Origin: Candidatus Parcubacteria bacterium
GTDB lineage: Bacteria; Patescibacteriota; Minisyncoccia; Phycocordibacterales; PALSA-1337
Direction: 5' to 3'
NCBI GenBank assembly: GCA_963766795.1
Contig: CAVYBN010000009.1
Coordinates: 14,740-78,739 of the forward strand
Length of the DNA stretch: 64,000 nucleotides
The position numbers and the translations under genes are program-made. Shown here one piece after another: positions 39,641 through 49,350 of this stretch. The first letter of the stretch is position 1, and every line of letters begins with the position of its first letter. The notes under the pieces are model-generated. The model was not told the origin of the DNA and did not search any database. It saw only the letters and a program-made list of their open reading frames with translations.

Positions 39641-39824
39641 GGGTGTAAACTCAAAAATTAAAACTTAAAAGTCAAAACTGCGAGCAGAAATTAAAGAAGA
39701 ACCTTCTTCGCGGGGGCTTCGAAGGCCAAGAAGATCGAAAGTCAAAGTTAAGGGCGAAAAGCCCTGCTTGGTAGGTACGCAATAATACTAGCACATGAAT
39801 AATCGGGCGCAAGCGTTGGCCTGA

Positions 39825-40397
39825 TCATTGACACAAGGCCCACAGCGCCGCCAAAGTTATCAGGATCTCCAGCCAGACTGTCCAGCTCTTTAAATATGGG
39901 CCGGTCACGAATCGCCAATAAGACTTGAAGGTTCCCTTAGAAACGGCCGCATTGTCTCTCTCGATCCTGGCGTATTCGATGTCAGGATCCGTGTTCAGCA
40001 ATGCGCGTCTCTTATTCGAGAACGGCCACAGCCATCTGATGCCATGCTCGAGCGAGTCAAGGATGAAGTGGCAGAATGTTCCGGCCAATATCATCCAGCC
40101 TATGGATTGAACGAAGCTTGAATCAAAGATGCGTCCTGTCGTGACGATCGCCAAGCTTAAAACCAGCCAGACCAAAGGAGTGTGAGTGAAATAATCGCGG
40201 TGCTCGGCGACTTTCTTGGAAGCCTTCGAGCGCTGATTGAAGTAGAAGAATAAAAGGTCGATGTCCGGAGCTTCGCCGGCCAGGGTTCCAATAACGAGCA
40301 ATGTCGCCGCCTGCGTCGGCGAGAATGACGCGTGCGTCAAAAAAAGCACGGCGCGAGCCGCCAAGTAACCTCCAGCTAAATGACCCGGTAGGACCAT
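39825..40397 (-). CDS. Membrane-bound metal-dependent hydrolase (YdjM/DUF457-like)
   Basis: 190 aa. MVLPGHLAGGYL..., EAPDIDL, HRDYFTHTP, FCHFILDSLEHG. Confidence 0.65.
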   Translation of the reverse strand: MVLPGHLAGGYLAARAVLFLTHASFSPTQAATLLVIGTLAGEAPDIDLLFFYFNQRSKASKKVAEHRDYFTHTPLVWLVLSLAIVTTGRIFDSSFVQSIGWMILAGTFCHFILDSLEHGIRWLWPFSNKRRALLNTDPDIEYARIERDNAAVSKGTFKSYWRFVTGPYLKSWTVWLEILITLAALWALCQ

Positions 40398-40498
40398 GAT
40401 GGAGAGTTTACATGAATGAGCGATTCATGGAAAGATGGCTCTCCAAAGTCGCCCGCGGCCTCGGCCTCAAAATCAAGATCGTGCCGGCGTGAATTTCC

Positions 40499-41682
40499 CT
40501 ACGGCAAGAACTGCTTGAACCACCTCGTCGTCCTCTTCCAGGTATTCTTGAAGAAATCAGCCATGGCGTCGATCTCCGGACCTTCATCGGTGTGCAAGCC
40601 CCAGATGCACAGGCCATAGGCCACCGCCCAAGTGGCGTCCTTATAGGAAGATTTGGCGTCGATGCCGCCGATCGAGCCGATGCGCGATGGGAGTTTCAGT
40701 GCGGCCTTGGCCATGATGTCGATGTTGTTCAGGCCGGAGCCGCCGCCGGTGATGACGATGCCCGCCGGCAGGAGCCCGTTCCTGCCGATCTTCCGGAGAT
40801 GCGTCTCGATGAGCTCGAATATGTCCGAAAGCCGCGCGGCCACGATCTCCTCGAGCTTCTTCCGCGGGAATGATCGAGCCGGTGATGGCGCCGATCTTGA
40901 TCTGCTCGGCTTCTTCAAGCGGGACTTTCAGTCCCAAGGCGATGTCGTTGGTGATGTCGGTCGAGCCGATCGGGAAGACCTCGAGCGAGGTCGGGATGCT
41001 GTTCTCAAAGACGGCGATCGAGACCGTCTCGGCGCCGATATTGGCCAGCACGCAACCGGCGACTTTCTGCGATTTCGACAAGGTCACGAATCCGGCGGCT
41101 ATGGGCGCGGCCATGACATCTTCGACTTCGATGCCGGCTTCATTCACGGCCTGGATCAGGTCGGCCACGTGATGGTCGAGGCAGGTGATGAAGATCATCT
41201 TTTGCTCGAGCTTGTTGCCGGTCATGCCGGAAGGATTCCCCAAGACGGGCGTGCCGTCGATCTTGTACTGCATCGGCACGTCGAAGATGATGCGGCGGTT
41301 GGCGCTCGAGGCCGGCGGGATGTCAGCCTCGCATTGCTCGCGCAATTTTGCCAAGTCGAGGTCGGTCATCTTCTGCGTCAGCCCGCGAAGTCATGACCGT
41401 GCTCGCGATCGCCACGCTCGAGAGTCCGATGCCGCCGACGCCCACGAATGCTTTCTTGACCTTGACGCCGGCCTTCTCCTCGGCGACGGCGACTGCCTTG
41501 CGGATGCTCTCGGCTACGTCGCGCACATTGGTCACGTATCCGTGGCGCAGGCCGCGCGATTCGGCTAGCCCAGCGCCGATGACCTTGGGCAGGCCCTTCT
41601 CGTTCTTCTCGCGCGCGTCGACGACCACCGCCTTGACTACGCTGGTGCCGACGTCGATGCCTGTGACTATGTTGCGGGCCAT
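40499..41682 (-). pseudogene. ftsA: Cell division protein FtsA, reading frame interrupted twice (each break repaired by removing one base)
   Basis: Three overlapping track ORFs join to a full FtsA (IVTGIDVGTSVVKAVV ... GNKLEQKMIFITC ... VLANIGAETVSIAVF ... GIVITGGGS). Breaks are near 41369-41373 and at the GGG run 40866-40868. Confidence 0.88.
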
Positions 41683-41770
41683 TGTATTTAATAACCAATA
41701 ACCAAGTCTCCAATAACCAAACACTGACACTTACGTTTGGTTATTGTATCTTGGTTATTGGTCATTTCAT

Positions 41771-42154
41771 CTAGATGTTAAACTTCTTGTGCAACCTTGC
41801 TTCTATACGCTCCATTGTAGCGCCATGCTCGTATCCTTTCAAATGGACGCAGCCGTGGATAAAGAGGAATTCGATGAAATTGGCGTACGACCGATTGAAA
41901 TTCGCGGCTTCCTTGCGTGCCTCGCTCTGACAGATGTAGATCTCGCCCTCTTTCTTTGAAAGGGCAAAGCTCAAAATGTCGGTGGCCTTGTCTTTATCTC
42001 TGTAGATCAAGTTGAGCTTTTTAATCCGTGCTGGCGTCGTGAATATCAGGCTTAGATCGTAATCAGTGCCCAAAGCCGCTTCCTTGATGGCACGAAAACG
42101 CGCCTTGGCTGGAATGCCGGCGCGCGTCTCATTGACGATGGAAAAGCCGCTCAT
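41771..42154 (-). CDS. ybeY: rRNA maturation endoribonuclease YbeY
   Basis: 127 aa with zinc motif FIHGCVHLKGYEH. Confidence 0.9.
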   Translation of the reverse strand: MSGFSIVNETRAGIPAKARFRAIKEAALGTDYDLSLIFTTPARIKKLNLIYRDKDKATDILSFALSKKEGEIYICQSEARKEAANFNRSYANFIEFLFIHGCVHLKGYEHGATMERIEARLHKKFNI

Positions 42155-42406
42155 TATTTCCTCCCGCCGCGCTCCGGCTTGACTGGAGCCTTGCCGAGCT
42201 TGATGAGCTCGGCCATGGCCGCGTGGCGGCCTAGGCGCTTCAAAGCCTTCTGCTTGACCTTATAAGGGGATTGGACGCGACCGCTGTAGCGGATGCTCCT
42301 CATGCGCGGGATGACGCCGGCGGATTGGACCTTGCGGCTAAAGCGGCGGAGCGTCGCTCAAAGAGCTTTCTCCGGAATTGCGGGTGATCTCGACGTTGGT
42401 TGACAT
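42154..42406 (-). pseudogene. rpsU: 30S ribosomal protein S21, frame broken by one extra base
   Basis: Not in the track. Own translation MSTNVEITRNSGESSLS then, after dropping the base at about 42354, ALRRFSRKVQSAGVIPRMRSIRYSGRVQSPYKVKQKALKRLGRH.... The span is 253 nt (84 codons + 1). Stop overlaps the ybeY ATG. Confidence 0.75.
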
Positions 42407-42500
42407 AGAGAGCACAGGATAGCATGGAATAATTGGGAGCGCAAATGCCAGCTGGGGTATCGTGGCGATGGCTCTAGGCCATCGTATTTTTCTTAATAAA

Positions 42501-42552
42501 GATTTTAACAAATATTCACGACTATTTTAACTTTTCTTTAAGGTTTCTTTAA
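42501..42552 (+). repeat. Family H motif, copy 2 (diverged), ending 7 nt upstream of the MazF-like ORF
   Basis: gattttaacaaatattcacgactattttaacttttctttaaggtttctttaac. Confidence 0.65.
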
Positions 42553-42559
42553 CTCATTT

Positions 42560-42976
42560 ATGATATTTTGTGGCATGCCAGAATTTATCAAACGTTTTTC
42601 AGAATGGATGCCTGTCAAAGCAAAGCTGGACAGTAGCAGACATTCACCACCGTTATTCAAAGAACGGGAGATTTGGTGGTGCCATATCGGTGAAAATATA
42701 GGCGACGAGATCAGTGGGAAAAGCTCCGGGTTTGAAAGACCAGTCCTTGTATTGCACAAACTCAACATATTCACATTTATCGGTTTACCGCTCACACGGA
42801 CACAGAAAACAGGTTCGTGGTACGAACGTTTGCAAATAGGTGAATTTGAAAATACGGTTATACTCAGTCAACCGAGGCATTTTGATTATCGAAGAATGGA
42901 CAATCATATTCACACGGTCGCAGTCAAGGATTTCGAACGGATACGAGATTCTTTCATAAAACTGTTTACCCAATAA
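42560..42976 (+). CDS. PemK/MazF-family toxin-like protein, no adjacent antitoxin ORF
   Basis: 138 aa. REIWWCHIGENIGDEISGKSSGFERPVLVL...GLPLT pattern of PemK-like growth inhibitors. Confidence 0.72.
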   Translation: MIFCGMPEFIKRFSEWMPVKAKLDSSRHSPPLFKEREIWWCHIGENIGDEISGKSSGFERPVLVLHKLNIFTFIGLPLTRTQKTGSWYERLQIGEFENTVILSQPRHFDYRRMDNHIHTVAVKDFERIRDSFIKLFTQ

Positions 42977-43040
42977 TACCTCACCCGCCCCGATGGACAT
43001 CGGGACGGGTGGACGTGGCGAATGCCAAACACACGGGGAT

Positions 43041-43080
43041 ATGATATGCCCGTGAATCTCAAAAGTCAAGTTGACAGAAT
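43041..43080 (+). repeat. ~40-bp direct repeat containing TTGACA, copy 1
   Basis: atgatatgcccgtgaatctcaaaagtcaagttgacagaat, compared with copy 2 at 43377-43415. Confidence 0.7.
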
Positions 43081-43376
43081 AGTTTTACCGTAATTTGTTT
43101 TTCGGTTCAAAAGCAAAACCCCATCGGGTGATGGAGTTGTGCCGGATCCTACAAATACAGTGACGGGGTGAACGAAATTCCGGATGCATACACAGGATAG
43201 CCCGGGAAATCGCGTGACCGCTCATCGAAACCTCTTCCTGTGGTCGAGGAATCTCGGAGCCCGAAGGCCAGTGTGCTTCAAGTTTAGCAGAATCAAAGAG
43301 CCTGTCAAGCGAAAACCGCGAGTCGCCTCGCGGCTTTGCGTCCTACCACCGAAGCAGTAGGGGGAGTCGTGACTAA

Positions 43377-43415
43377 ATGATATGTCCGTGAATGCAAAAA
43401 GTCAAGTTGACAAAT
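43377..43415 (+). repeat. ~40-bp direct repeat containing TTGACA, copy 2 (just upstream of the NUDIX gene)
   Basis: atgatatgtccgtgaatgcaaaaagtcaagttgacaaat. Confidence 0.7.
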
Positions 43416-43461
43416 GCTTTATCTAGGCGTAGAACTACTCTCAGTAGACTTTAGTATATCT

Positions 43462-43941
43462 ATGAAAAATCGAATTACGTCCGCAGTTGCGGTCTATCTG
43501 ATACTTGAACGCGAAGACGATGGCATCTTAATTATGAGGCGTTGCAACACTGGATACCAGGATGGAATGTATCAGGTGTGTGCTGGCCATCTCGAAACAG
43601 GAGAGTTGCCGACAGAGGCTATGATCCGGGAAGCCAAGGAAGAGATCGGTGTTGTGCTTAAGAAAGAGGATCTGGAGCTGGTCCATGTCTCAGCGCGTCC
43701 GAAGCATGACGAGACTGGCAATCGGATCGATTTCTTCTACAAGGCCTGTCGTTGGGAAGGAGACCTAAGAATCATTGAACCGGACAAGTGTGATGACATG
43801 CGCTGGTCATTCTTGGATAGTCTGCCAGAGAATTTCACTCCTCATGTCAAGCTTGGCATACAAAACGCCAAACAAGGGATATTTTTCTCTGAACTTGATT
43901 TGAATTGGATAAAATCCCATCCGGTGTATGGAATCAAATGA
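43462..43941 (+). CDS. NUDIX hydrolase
   Basis: Nudix box GHLETGELPTEAMIREAKEEIGV. ATG at 43462 preferred. Confidence 0.85.
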   Translation: MKNRITSAVAVYLILEREDDGILIMRRCNTGYQDGMYQVCAGHLETGELPTEAMIREAKEEIGVVLKKEDLELVHVSARPKHDETGNRIDFFYKACRWEGDLRIIEPDKCDDMRWSFLDSLPENFTPHVKLGIQNAKQGIFFSELDLNWIKSHPVYGIK

Positions 43942-43980
43942 GATCCAGCAAGGGGCGGTCGTAGGACCGTCCTTTTTCTT

Positions 43981-45294
43981 TCACTTCCCCCAATACTGTT
44001 TCTCGACTTTCTTCATGTAGTCCGGAAGGTCGCACAGTGGAACGGTCTCCTGCGAATAGGTGTCGACGCGGCGGACGATGGCGGTCTTGTCCATGGCCTC
44101 CTTCTTGCCGATGACGATGACATACGGCGTGTGGTATTTCTCGACGGTCGAGACTTGCGCGCCGAGGCGGTCCTTGGCCAAGGACAGCTGGAGCGGGATC
44201 TTAGCCAAGCGCAGCTTCTCAACGATGTCGAGCGACAAGAGCTTGGATTCGAGCCCGAGCTGGACGAACGAGGCGATCGGCCGCTTGATCTTCTTCAGGG
44301 GATCGCGCAAGCCCTTGCCGTTTCCCTTGATCAGGAGCGACAAGCCGACGCCTTGGATGTCTTTCTTGACGCTCAAGCGCTTGGCCAAGCCGTTGTAGCG
44401 CAGGCCGAGAGCCAGGATGCGCTGATGGTCCTTGCCGCTCTTCCCGGTGGGTTCGGCGGCGATGACCGTGAAGATGGTCTCGGTGCAATAGGAGCGGTTG
44501 CCGATGAGCCCGTTATTGACGGCGTACGGGATCTTCAAGGCCTCGAGATATTCGAGGACTTCCTCGAGATGATGCCGGCTGGCTTCCGACAGGAAATCCA
44601 TGGCTCGCGGCGCGCGCTCATTCAAGGCCTTGCAGGCTTCGTCGCGCGACGCCAAGAGCTCGAAGGGATCGCGCTTGAGGAGCTGGCGGCATTCCGGCGT
44701 CATCTCGTTGATGTTCTTGCGGTAATAAGCGATGAGCTCTCGTCCGAAGCGTGCTAGTGAATCGCGGTCGCCGACGCTATTGACCTCCACGCGCGTGTCC
44801 GCGTAGCCTTCGGCGGCGAGCATGGCCCGCCCGGCTTGGATGAGGATGGCTTCGGCGATCGGACCGGAAGATCCGAGGATCTCGAGATCGGCGTAGCGGT
44901 GGCAGGCGCTCTTCCGCCAGCTGGCGGATGCAGCCGAGGCTGGCTTCTCCTGCCTGCCGGCAGGCAGGTTGCAGGCGTACCGGCAGGGATCTTTGAGATA
45001 GATCATGACCGGCTGGGGCATCTCGTGCCAATCCAGCTCATGATAGCTGCGGATCAAGGCGATCTTCTCCTCGACGGACAAGGACAGCTTGCCGTGACGC
45101 TCGGTCTCGTCGTCCACGAAGTCGTCTCCGGCGATGCCGCGCGCGGCCTCGAGATCGGCTTTGACGATGGTCGGGCTCTTCATGGGCGTGAATCCGTAAT
45201 AGGTGGCGATCTCACCGACTTTGTCGAGATATTCGACGGACTGGAGCCTGGACGGTCCGCCGGCAACCCTTTTCTGTTTTGGTTTTGAGCTCAT
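43981..45294 (-). CDS. Histidyl-tRNA synthetase-like class II protein (divergent; may be HisS or a HisZ-like paralogue)
   Basis: Class II HisRS layout with a C-terminal anticodon-binding-like domain (YVIVIGKKE...). GGRYD position reads GLRYNG. The motif-2 loop carries an insertion containing the 16-bp palindrome. Confidence 0.6.
   Translation of the reverse strand: MSSKPKQKRVAGGPSRLQSVEYLDKVGEIATYYGFTPMKSPTIVKADLEAARGIAGDDFVDDETERHGKLSLSVEEKIALIRSYHELDWHEMPQPVMIYLKDPCRYACNLPAGRQEKPASAASASWRKSACHRYADLEILGSSGPIAEAILIQAGRAMLAAEGYADTRVEVNSVGDRDSLARFGRELIAYYRKNINEMTPECRQLLKRDPFELLASRDEACKALNERAPRAMDFLSEASRHHLEEVLEYLEALKIPYAVNNGLIGNRSYCTETIFTVIAAEPTGKSGKDHQRILALGLRYNGLAKRLSVKKDIQGVGLSLLIKGNGKGLRDPLKKIKRPIASFVQLGLESKLLSLDIVEKLRLAKIPLQLSLAKDRLGAQVSTVEKYHTPYVIVIGKKEAMDKTAIVRRVDTYSQETVPLCDLPDYMKKVEKQYWGK
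44913..44928. repeat. 16-bp palindrome TCCGCCAGCTGGCGGA (perfect)
   Basis: Lies in the HisRS-like gene and is read as A-SASWR-K. Confidence 0.95.
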
Positions 45295-45304
45295 GGTTTT
45301 TGTG

Positions 45305-45949
45305 TTACTGATGATAAGCGCCCGGCAAGACGGAGATTTCATTCAATGGAGTGAGACGGACGAGCGGCCGGCCGATGATATTCGCGGCCGGTAGCGGTCC
45401 CCAGGAGCGCGAGTCGGAGCTCTCGGCGCGGTTGTCTCCCATGACGAAATATTGGCCCGCGTCCAGCGTGACGGTCAGGTCATCGTGCGAAGCATGGCTT
45501 GTTTCGATGTATGGCTCGTCGAGCGCGACCGGCGTGGATGAGGCGGCTCCGCCAGCTTGCGGAGCTTCGATCGAGACGGCGCCGTCCTTGATGATCACAG
45601 TCTCGCCCGGAAGCCCGATGATGCGCTTGATGTAGTCTTGGCTGGGGTCGCCTGGGTACTTGAAGACGATGACGTCGTTCCTCTGTGGAGCCTTGAAATC
45701 ATAGGTCAAACGGTCGACCAGCAGGAATTGGCCGGTCGAAAACGTCGGATCCATCGAAGCGCCGATGACTACGAAAGGCTCGATCACGGCGGAACGGATG
45801 ATCCAGGCGACTACCAGCGCGGCCGCCAGCGTCAACGCCCATTCGCGCGCGGCATGCGCTTTGCCGGTTTTCTTTTTGTCGGACGAAGCCTCATTTTTGG
45901 CGGAAATCGGTTGATTGGGAGCGTTTGGAGGAGTGCTTCCGGTTTCCAT
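45305..45949 (-). CDS. lepB: Signal peptidase I
   Basis: VIGASMDPTF (catalytic Ser), YIKRIIGLPGE (Lys box), VMGDNRAESSDSRSWG. Confidence 0.92.
   Translation of the reverse strand: METGSTPPNAPNQPISAKNEASSDKKKTGKAHAAREWALTLAAALVVAWIIRSAVIEPFVVIGASMDPTFSTGQFLLVDRLTYDFKAPQRNDVIVFKYPGDPSQDYIKRIIGLPGETVIIKDGAVSIEAPQAGGAASSTPVALDEPYIETSHASHDDLTVTLDAGQYFVMGDNRAESSDSRSWGPLPAANIIGRPLVRLTPLNEISVLPGAYHQ
45548..45563. repeat. 16-bp palindrome, one-mismatch variant TCCGCCAGCTTGCGGA
   Basis: Lies in lepB and is read as PQAGG. Confidence 0.85.
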
Positions 45950-45999
45950 AGTGCGGCTATTGTAGGCTAAAAAATTGCTTTACGCAAGTTTTTTGTCTT

Positions 46000-46082
46000 G
46001 TCATCCCCGCGAAAGCGGGGATCCAGGGTTTTAATATTTTATCAGTGTTTCGACCCTGGATTCCGGCTTTCGCCGGAATGAC
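46000..46082. repeat. Family C compound palindromic element, copy 2
   Basis: gtcatccccgcgaaagcggggatccagg ... ccctggattccggctttcgccggaatgac. Confidence 0.85.
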
Positions 46083-46515
46083 AGAGTTTAAATTTGATAT
46101 TTGAAGTTTGTGATTCGGTGCTTGCAGGCAATATGCAGATGTGAAAGAATTGATGTGGCAAATTGAACCGCTCTTCCAAGAGCACAAAAATTAAATAAGC
46201 CTATGAATACTTCAAGTCAGACTCAGCCGATAAGTTCAAAGCTACGCCGACATGGCGTAGTCGCTATTCACACCGAAGGTGATACGTTAACGGAGGCTGG
46301 GCAAGATGCTCTTGCTTCAGTCTATGACGCGATGCAACCTGCCTTGACAAGTGAACTTGCCCGAACTGATGAACCTGAATGCCCCGAAGATCCTCGCGTT
46401 CCCAGGTTCGATTGACGGGCTCAATCGTTCTTCGTTTTCCAAGCTCTTTCACAACCCTCCCTTCACCGGGAGGACTTTTTTGCCTTTTCAATCAAAAAGA
46501 CATATCATAGTCGCC

Positions 46516-47124
46516 ATGCCATTCATCATCGCCGGTCTCGGAAATCCCGGGGAAGAATACGAGAACACGCGGCATAGCACAGGCCGCATAGTTTTGGACG
46601 TCATCCGCAAAGAGTTGGATGGCGGCGATTTTACCTTTGACAAGAAGCTGAACGCGCAAGTCGCGACGATTAAGGTTGGTAAAGCAGAGGTGATGCTTGT
46701 CGCGCCGGATACTTTCATGAACAAGTCCGGCAATGCATTGAAATCGCTCGTGAAGATCAAATCCAACGCAAAGCTCAAATTGAAGACCGCCGATGATTTT
46801 CTCGTCATTTACGACGACTTTCAATTGCCGTTAGGCCGAATGAAGATCTCGTACAACAAAAGCTCCGGTGGTCACAACGGATTGGAGTCGGTCATCAAGG
46901 CTGTGAAGACTGAAGCCTTCCCGCGCATTCGAATCGGAACTGCGGCGACAAACTCAAAAGGCCAAGCCAAAGTCCCGCACGGCGACGACAAGATCGAGAA
47001 GTTCATTCTGGGTAGGTTCAAAGACGATGAATTGAAGGTCGTCAAAAAGCTCAGCAAGAAAGCCGCCGAAGTCGTTCAGATCTGGGTCAAAAGAGGGAAG
47101 AGAAAAGGCGACGAATGTGTGTAA
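46516..47124 (+). CDS. pth: Peptidyl-tRNA hydrolase
   Basis: IIAGLGNPGEEYENTRHSTG, DDFQLPLGRMKI...GGHNGLES. ATG at 46516 preferred over the track start at 46351. Confidence 0.9.
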   Translation: MPFIIAGLGNPGEEYENTRHSTGRIVLDVIRKELDGGDFTFDKKLNAQVATIKVGKAEVMLVAPDTFMNKSGNALKSLVKIKSNAKLKLKTADDFLVIYDDFQLPLGRMKISYNKSSGGHNGLESVIKAVKTEAFPRIRIGTAATNSKGQAKVPHGDDKIEKFILGRFKDDELKVVKKLSKKAAEVVQIWVKRGKRKGDECV

Positions 47125-47141
47125 TGCCTGGTAATCAGATT

Positions 47142-47229
47142 CCCCGAGGTCGGACCTCTGTCAGGCTGTATGCCGATGTTTTACTCGATTCGATTATCAG
47201 TAGTTTTTACTCGAGGTCCGACCTCGGGG
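47142..47229. repeat. REP pair (family B) forming a 17-bp-stem inverted repeat between convergent genes
   Basis: ccccgaggtcggacctc (47142-58) and gaggtccgacctcgggg (47213-29). Confidence 0.85.
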
Positions 47230-47233
47230 ATAA

Positions 47234-48655
47234 CTATTTTGCGCCAGCAAAGGATAACGCCATCTTCTGCTCCTTAGGGTCGAAGAGCGAGATCTTGAAC
47301 GGATAGGTCTTGCCGAGCTCGAGGGCTTTCTTGAGCTTCTCCTCGGAGCCGAACTCGCTGACATGGACCAGGCCGGCCACGCCTTCCTCGATCGAGGCCA
47401 AAGCGCCGTGCTTGTTGAACTTGATGATCACGCCCGAGACGGACATGTCCTTCTTGTATTTCTTGCCGGCGTCGATCCAAGGATTCTGGCGGAGCTGCTT
47501 GATCGAGAGCGAGATCTTGCCGTCCTTGATCTCGATGATCTTGGCCTTGATCTTGTCGCCGACTTTGACGAAATGGCGCGGGTCGTCCACCAATCCCCAA
47601 TCGATCTCGGAGATGTGGACCAGGCCCTCGAGCCCTTCCTCGAGCTTGACGAAGACGCCGAAGTCCACCACGCCGGTGGCCACGCCCTCGACTTCGTCGC
47701 CGATCTCGTACTTGCTGACGATCTTCTCCTTTTCCTTGTGCTCGGAGCCTTTCTCCGAGAAGATCAGCTTGCCTTCCTTTGGGTCGGCGGTGATGATCGA
47801 GAGCTGGAGGCGCGTGCCGACCAGCTTCTTCAGTTCTTCCAGGATCTTGTCCTTGTCGCCGTCGCCGACGCGCGGATAGTGCTCGGCTTTGAGCTGGGAG
47901 GCCGGCAGGAATCCGGTGATGCCCTGCCATTCGATGAGCAAGCCGCCCTTGTTGGCTTCCTTGATCGGGAGGTCGAGGACGCGCTTCTCCTTGATGGAGA
48001 GCTCCGCTTCGCTCCAGATCAGGGCTTGGCGGGCCTCTTTCAATGACAATTCATAATAGCCTTCCTTGTGGCTCCAGTCCACGATCTTGGCGGCCACGAC
48101 ATCGCCGACGTTGATCTTCTTTATGACGTCGCGGGCGATGATGTATTCACGGCCATAGATGATGCCGGTGCCGAATGGCGTCAAGTCCACGAATATCGCG
48201 GCTTTGTCGATGGCGATGACCGGACCTTCGATGAGGTCGCCGATGCCAGGCGGATTCTTCGTCGTCGCGGCCAAGAGAAGCCCCATCGGGCTGGCTTTCT
48301 GCTCTTCGGTCAATTCCATCTCGCCCTGTTTCTTGGTGGTCGGCTTCGGATCAGAGAGATCCACATGCGAATCTTTATCCGCGCGCTTAGCACGCTTGGC
48401 AGTCTTCGCATCGGTAGGATTAGAATCGGCCACGGCTTTAGCCGCTTTCGGTGAAGCGGGATCAGTTTTCGCCTTATTCGCTTTTACGCTCTTACTATCA
48501 GTATCAGCGTCTCCCGCGGAGGTTCGACCTCCGTTGTCGTTGTCTTTATTCTCGCTGGCTTCAATGCCAGCATCCTTATTAGTATCAGAATCGCTCGGCT
48601 CTTTAGTCGCGGGATCTTTGACCCCCGTGAGGGTCTCTCTTAATTTTTTGAACAT
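47234..48655 (-). CDS. rpsA: 30S ribosomal protein S1-like protein (four S1 domains, acidic/basic N-terminal extension)
   Basis: Repeated S1 motifs, e.g. VEGVATGVVDFGVFVKLEEGLEGLVHISEI and VSGVIIKFNKHGALASIEEGVAGLVHVSEF. Confidence 0.82.
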   Translation of the reverse strand: MFKKLRETLTGVKDPATKEPSDSDTNKDAGIEASENKDNDNGGRTSAGDADTDSKSVKANKAKTDPASPKAAKAVADSNPTDAKTAKRAKRADKDSHVDLSDPKPTTKKQGEMELTEEQKASPMGLLLAATTKNPPGIGDLIEGPVIAIDKAAIFVDLTPFGTGIIYGREYIIARDVIKKINVGDVVAAKIVDWSHKEGYYELSLKEARQALIWSEAELSIKEKRVLDLPIKEANKGGLLIEWQGITGFLPASQLKAEHYPRVGDGDKDKILEELKKLVGTRLQLSIITADPKEGKLIFSEKGSEHKEKEKIVSKYEIGDEVEGVATGVVDFGVFVKLEEGLEGLVHISEIDWGLVDDPRHFVKVGDKIKAKIIEIKDGKISLSIKQLRQNPWIDAGKKYKKDMSVSGVIIKFNKHGALASIEEGVAGLVHVSEFGSEEKLKKALELGKTYPFKISLFDPKEQKMALSFAGAK

Positions 48656-48904
48656 ATTTGGTTCCGCGAGCCGCCAGTTGCTTTATGATAATAAGGATTG
48701 GGAAATCCTTTTGTCGGTTCGCTCGTTCGAAATCCATGCGAGCATGGACTTCTCTCTCGCTGCCGACAATAAAGGCGGGATGACGCGGATTGGTAAGGAC
48801 ACACTATAAACTAACAAATAAGGACGATTAAGCCCTTATTGAGCAATCTAGCGCATATTTGATGTTTTGTCCATTAAAGAGTAGGCTTTAGACGGAGGTG
48901 AATT

Positions 48905-49144
48905 ATGTTTACACTACATGAATTAGTGACCAACCAGCGAGCGCAAAAGGATCTCGATTGTTTTTATGAGGCAACGGCTTCTCGGTGTTGCATGTGCAAT
49001 CAACCGTTTACCGAAGCTCAAAGGCAGGAAGAAGATATCCATCAAACGAAAGATGGACTGGTCTGCGGCGATTGTTATTACAACGCGCTCGGCGAAGGAA
49101 TCGAAGAACATCCGATTGTGTCAGGGCGCATTCATCGCGGATAA
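48905..49144 (+). CDS. Small Cys-rich hypothetical protein
   Basis: 79 aa with CCMCN...CGDC. Followed by a clear terminator. Confidence 0.45.
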   Translation: MFTLHELVTNQRAQKDLDCFYEATASRCCMCNQPFTEAQRQEEDIHQTKDGLVCGDCYYNALGEGIEEHPIVSGRIHRG

Positions 49145-49165
49145 TAGGGAATGAATAAACTTCAA

Positions 49166-49196
49166 GGCCTGCCAGCTTCGGCAGGTCCTTTTTTTC
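49166..49196 (+). terminator. Intrinsic terminator
   Basis: cctgccagcttcggcagg followed by tcc and TTTTTTT. Confidence 0.7.
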
Positions 49197-49350
49197 GTAA
49201 AATGGTTTATCAGCGGCGCTCCCGGTCTGTCCTTTCCTCGAAAAAACTAAAAGGCCTTTTTCACGTCGTACAATATTTTGCGTTCCAAACGAGCCTTGTG
49301 TCGCCTGTGCAACTAGACCATGCTTTTGTGGTTTTGACTTAGAATTTTCT

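Noticed and set aside
43081-43376. Possible RNase P RNA, tmRNA, SRP RNA or fluoride riboswitch. Partial resemblances include GAGGAATCTCGGAGCCC versus GAGGAAAGUCCGGGC, GGGTGATGGAGTT versus the crcB-motif start, and CCGAAGCAG versus the SRP GGAAGCAGC.
   Set aside because: Each resemblance is a single short block. The other obligatory conserved regions are missing or out of order: the RNase P ACAGAA.CCGGCUUA block, the tmRNA tRNA-like 3' end, the SRP GNRA apex, and the riboswitch 3' half.
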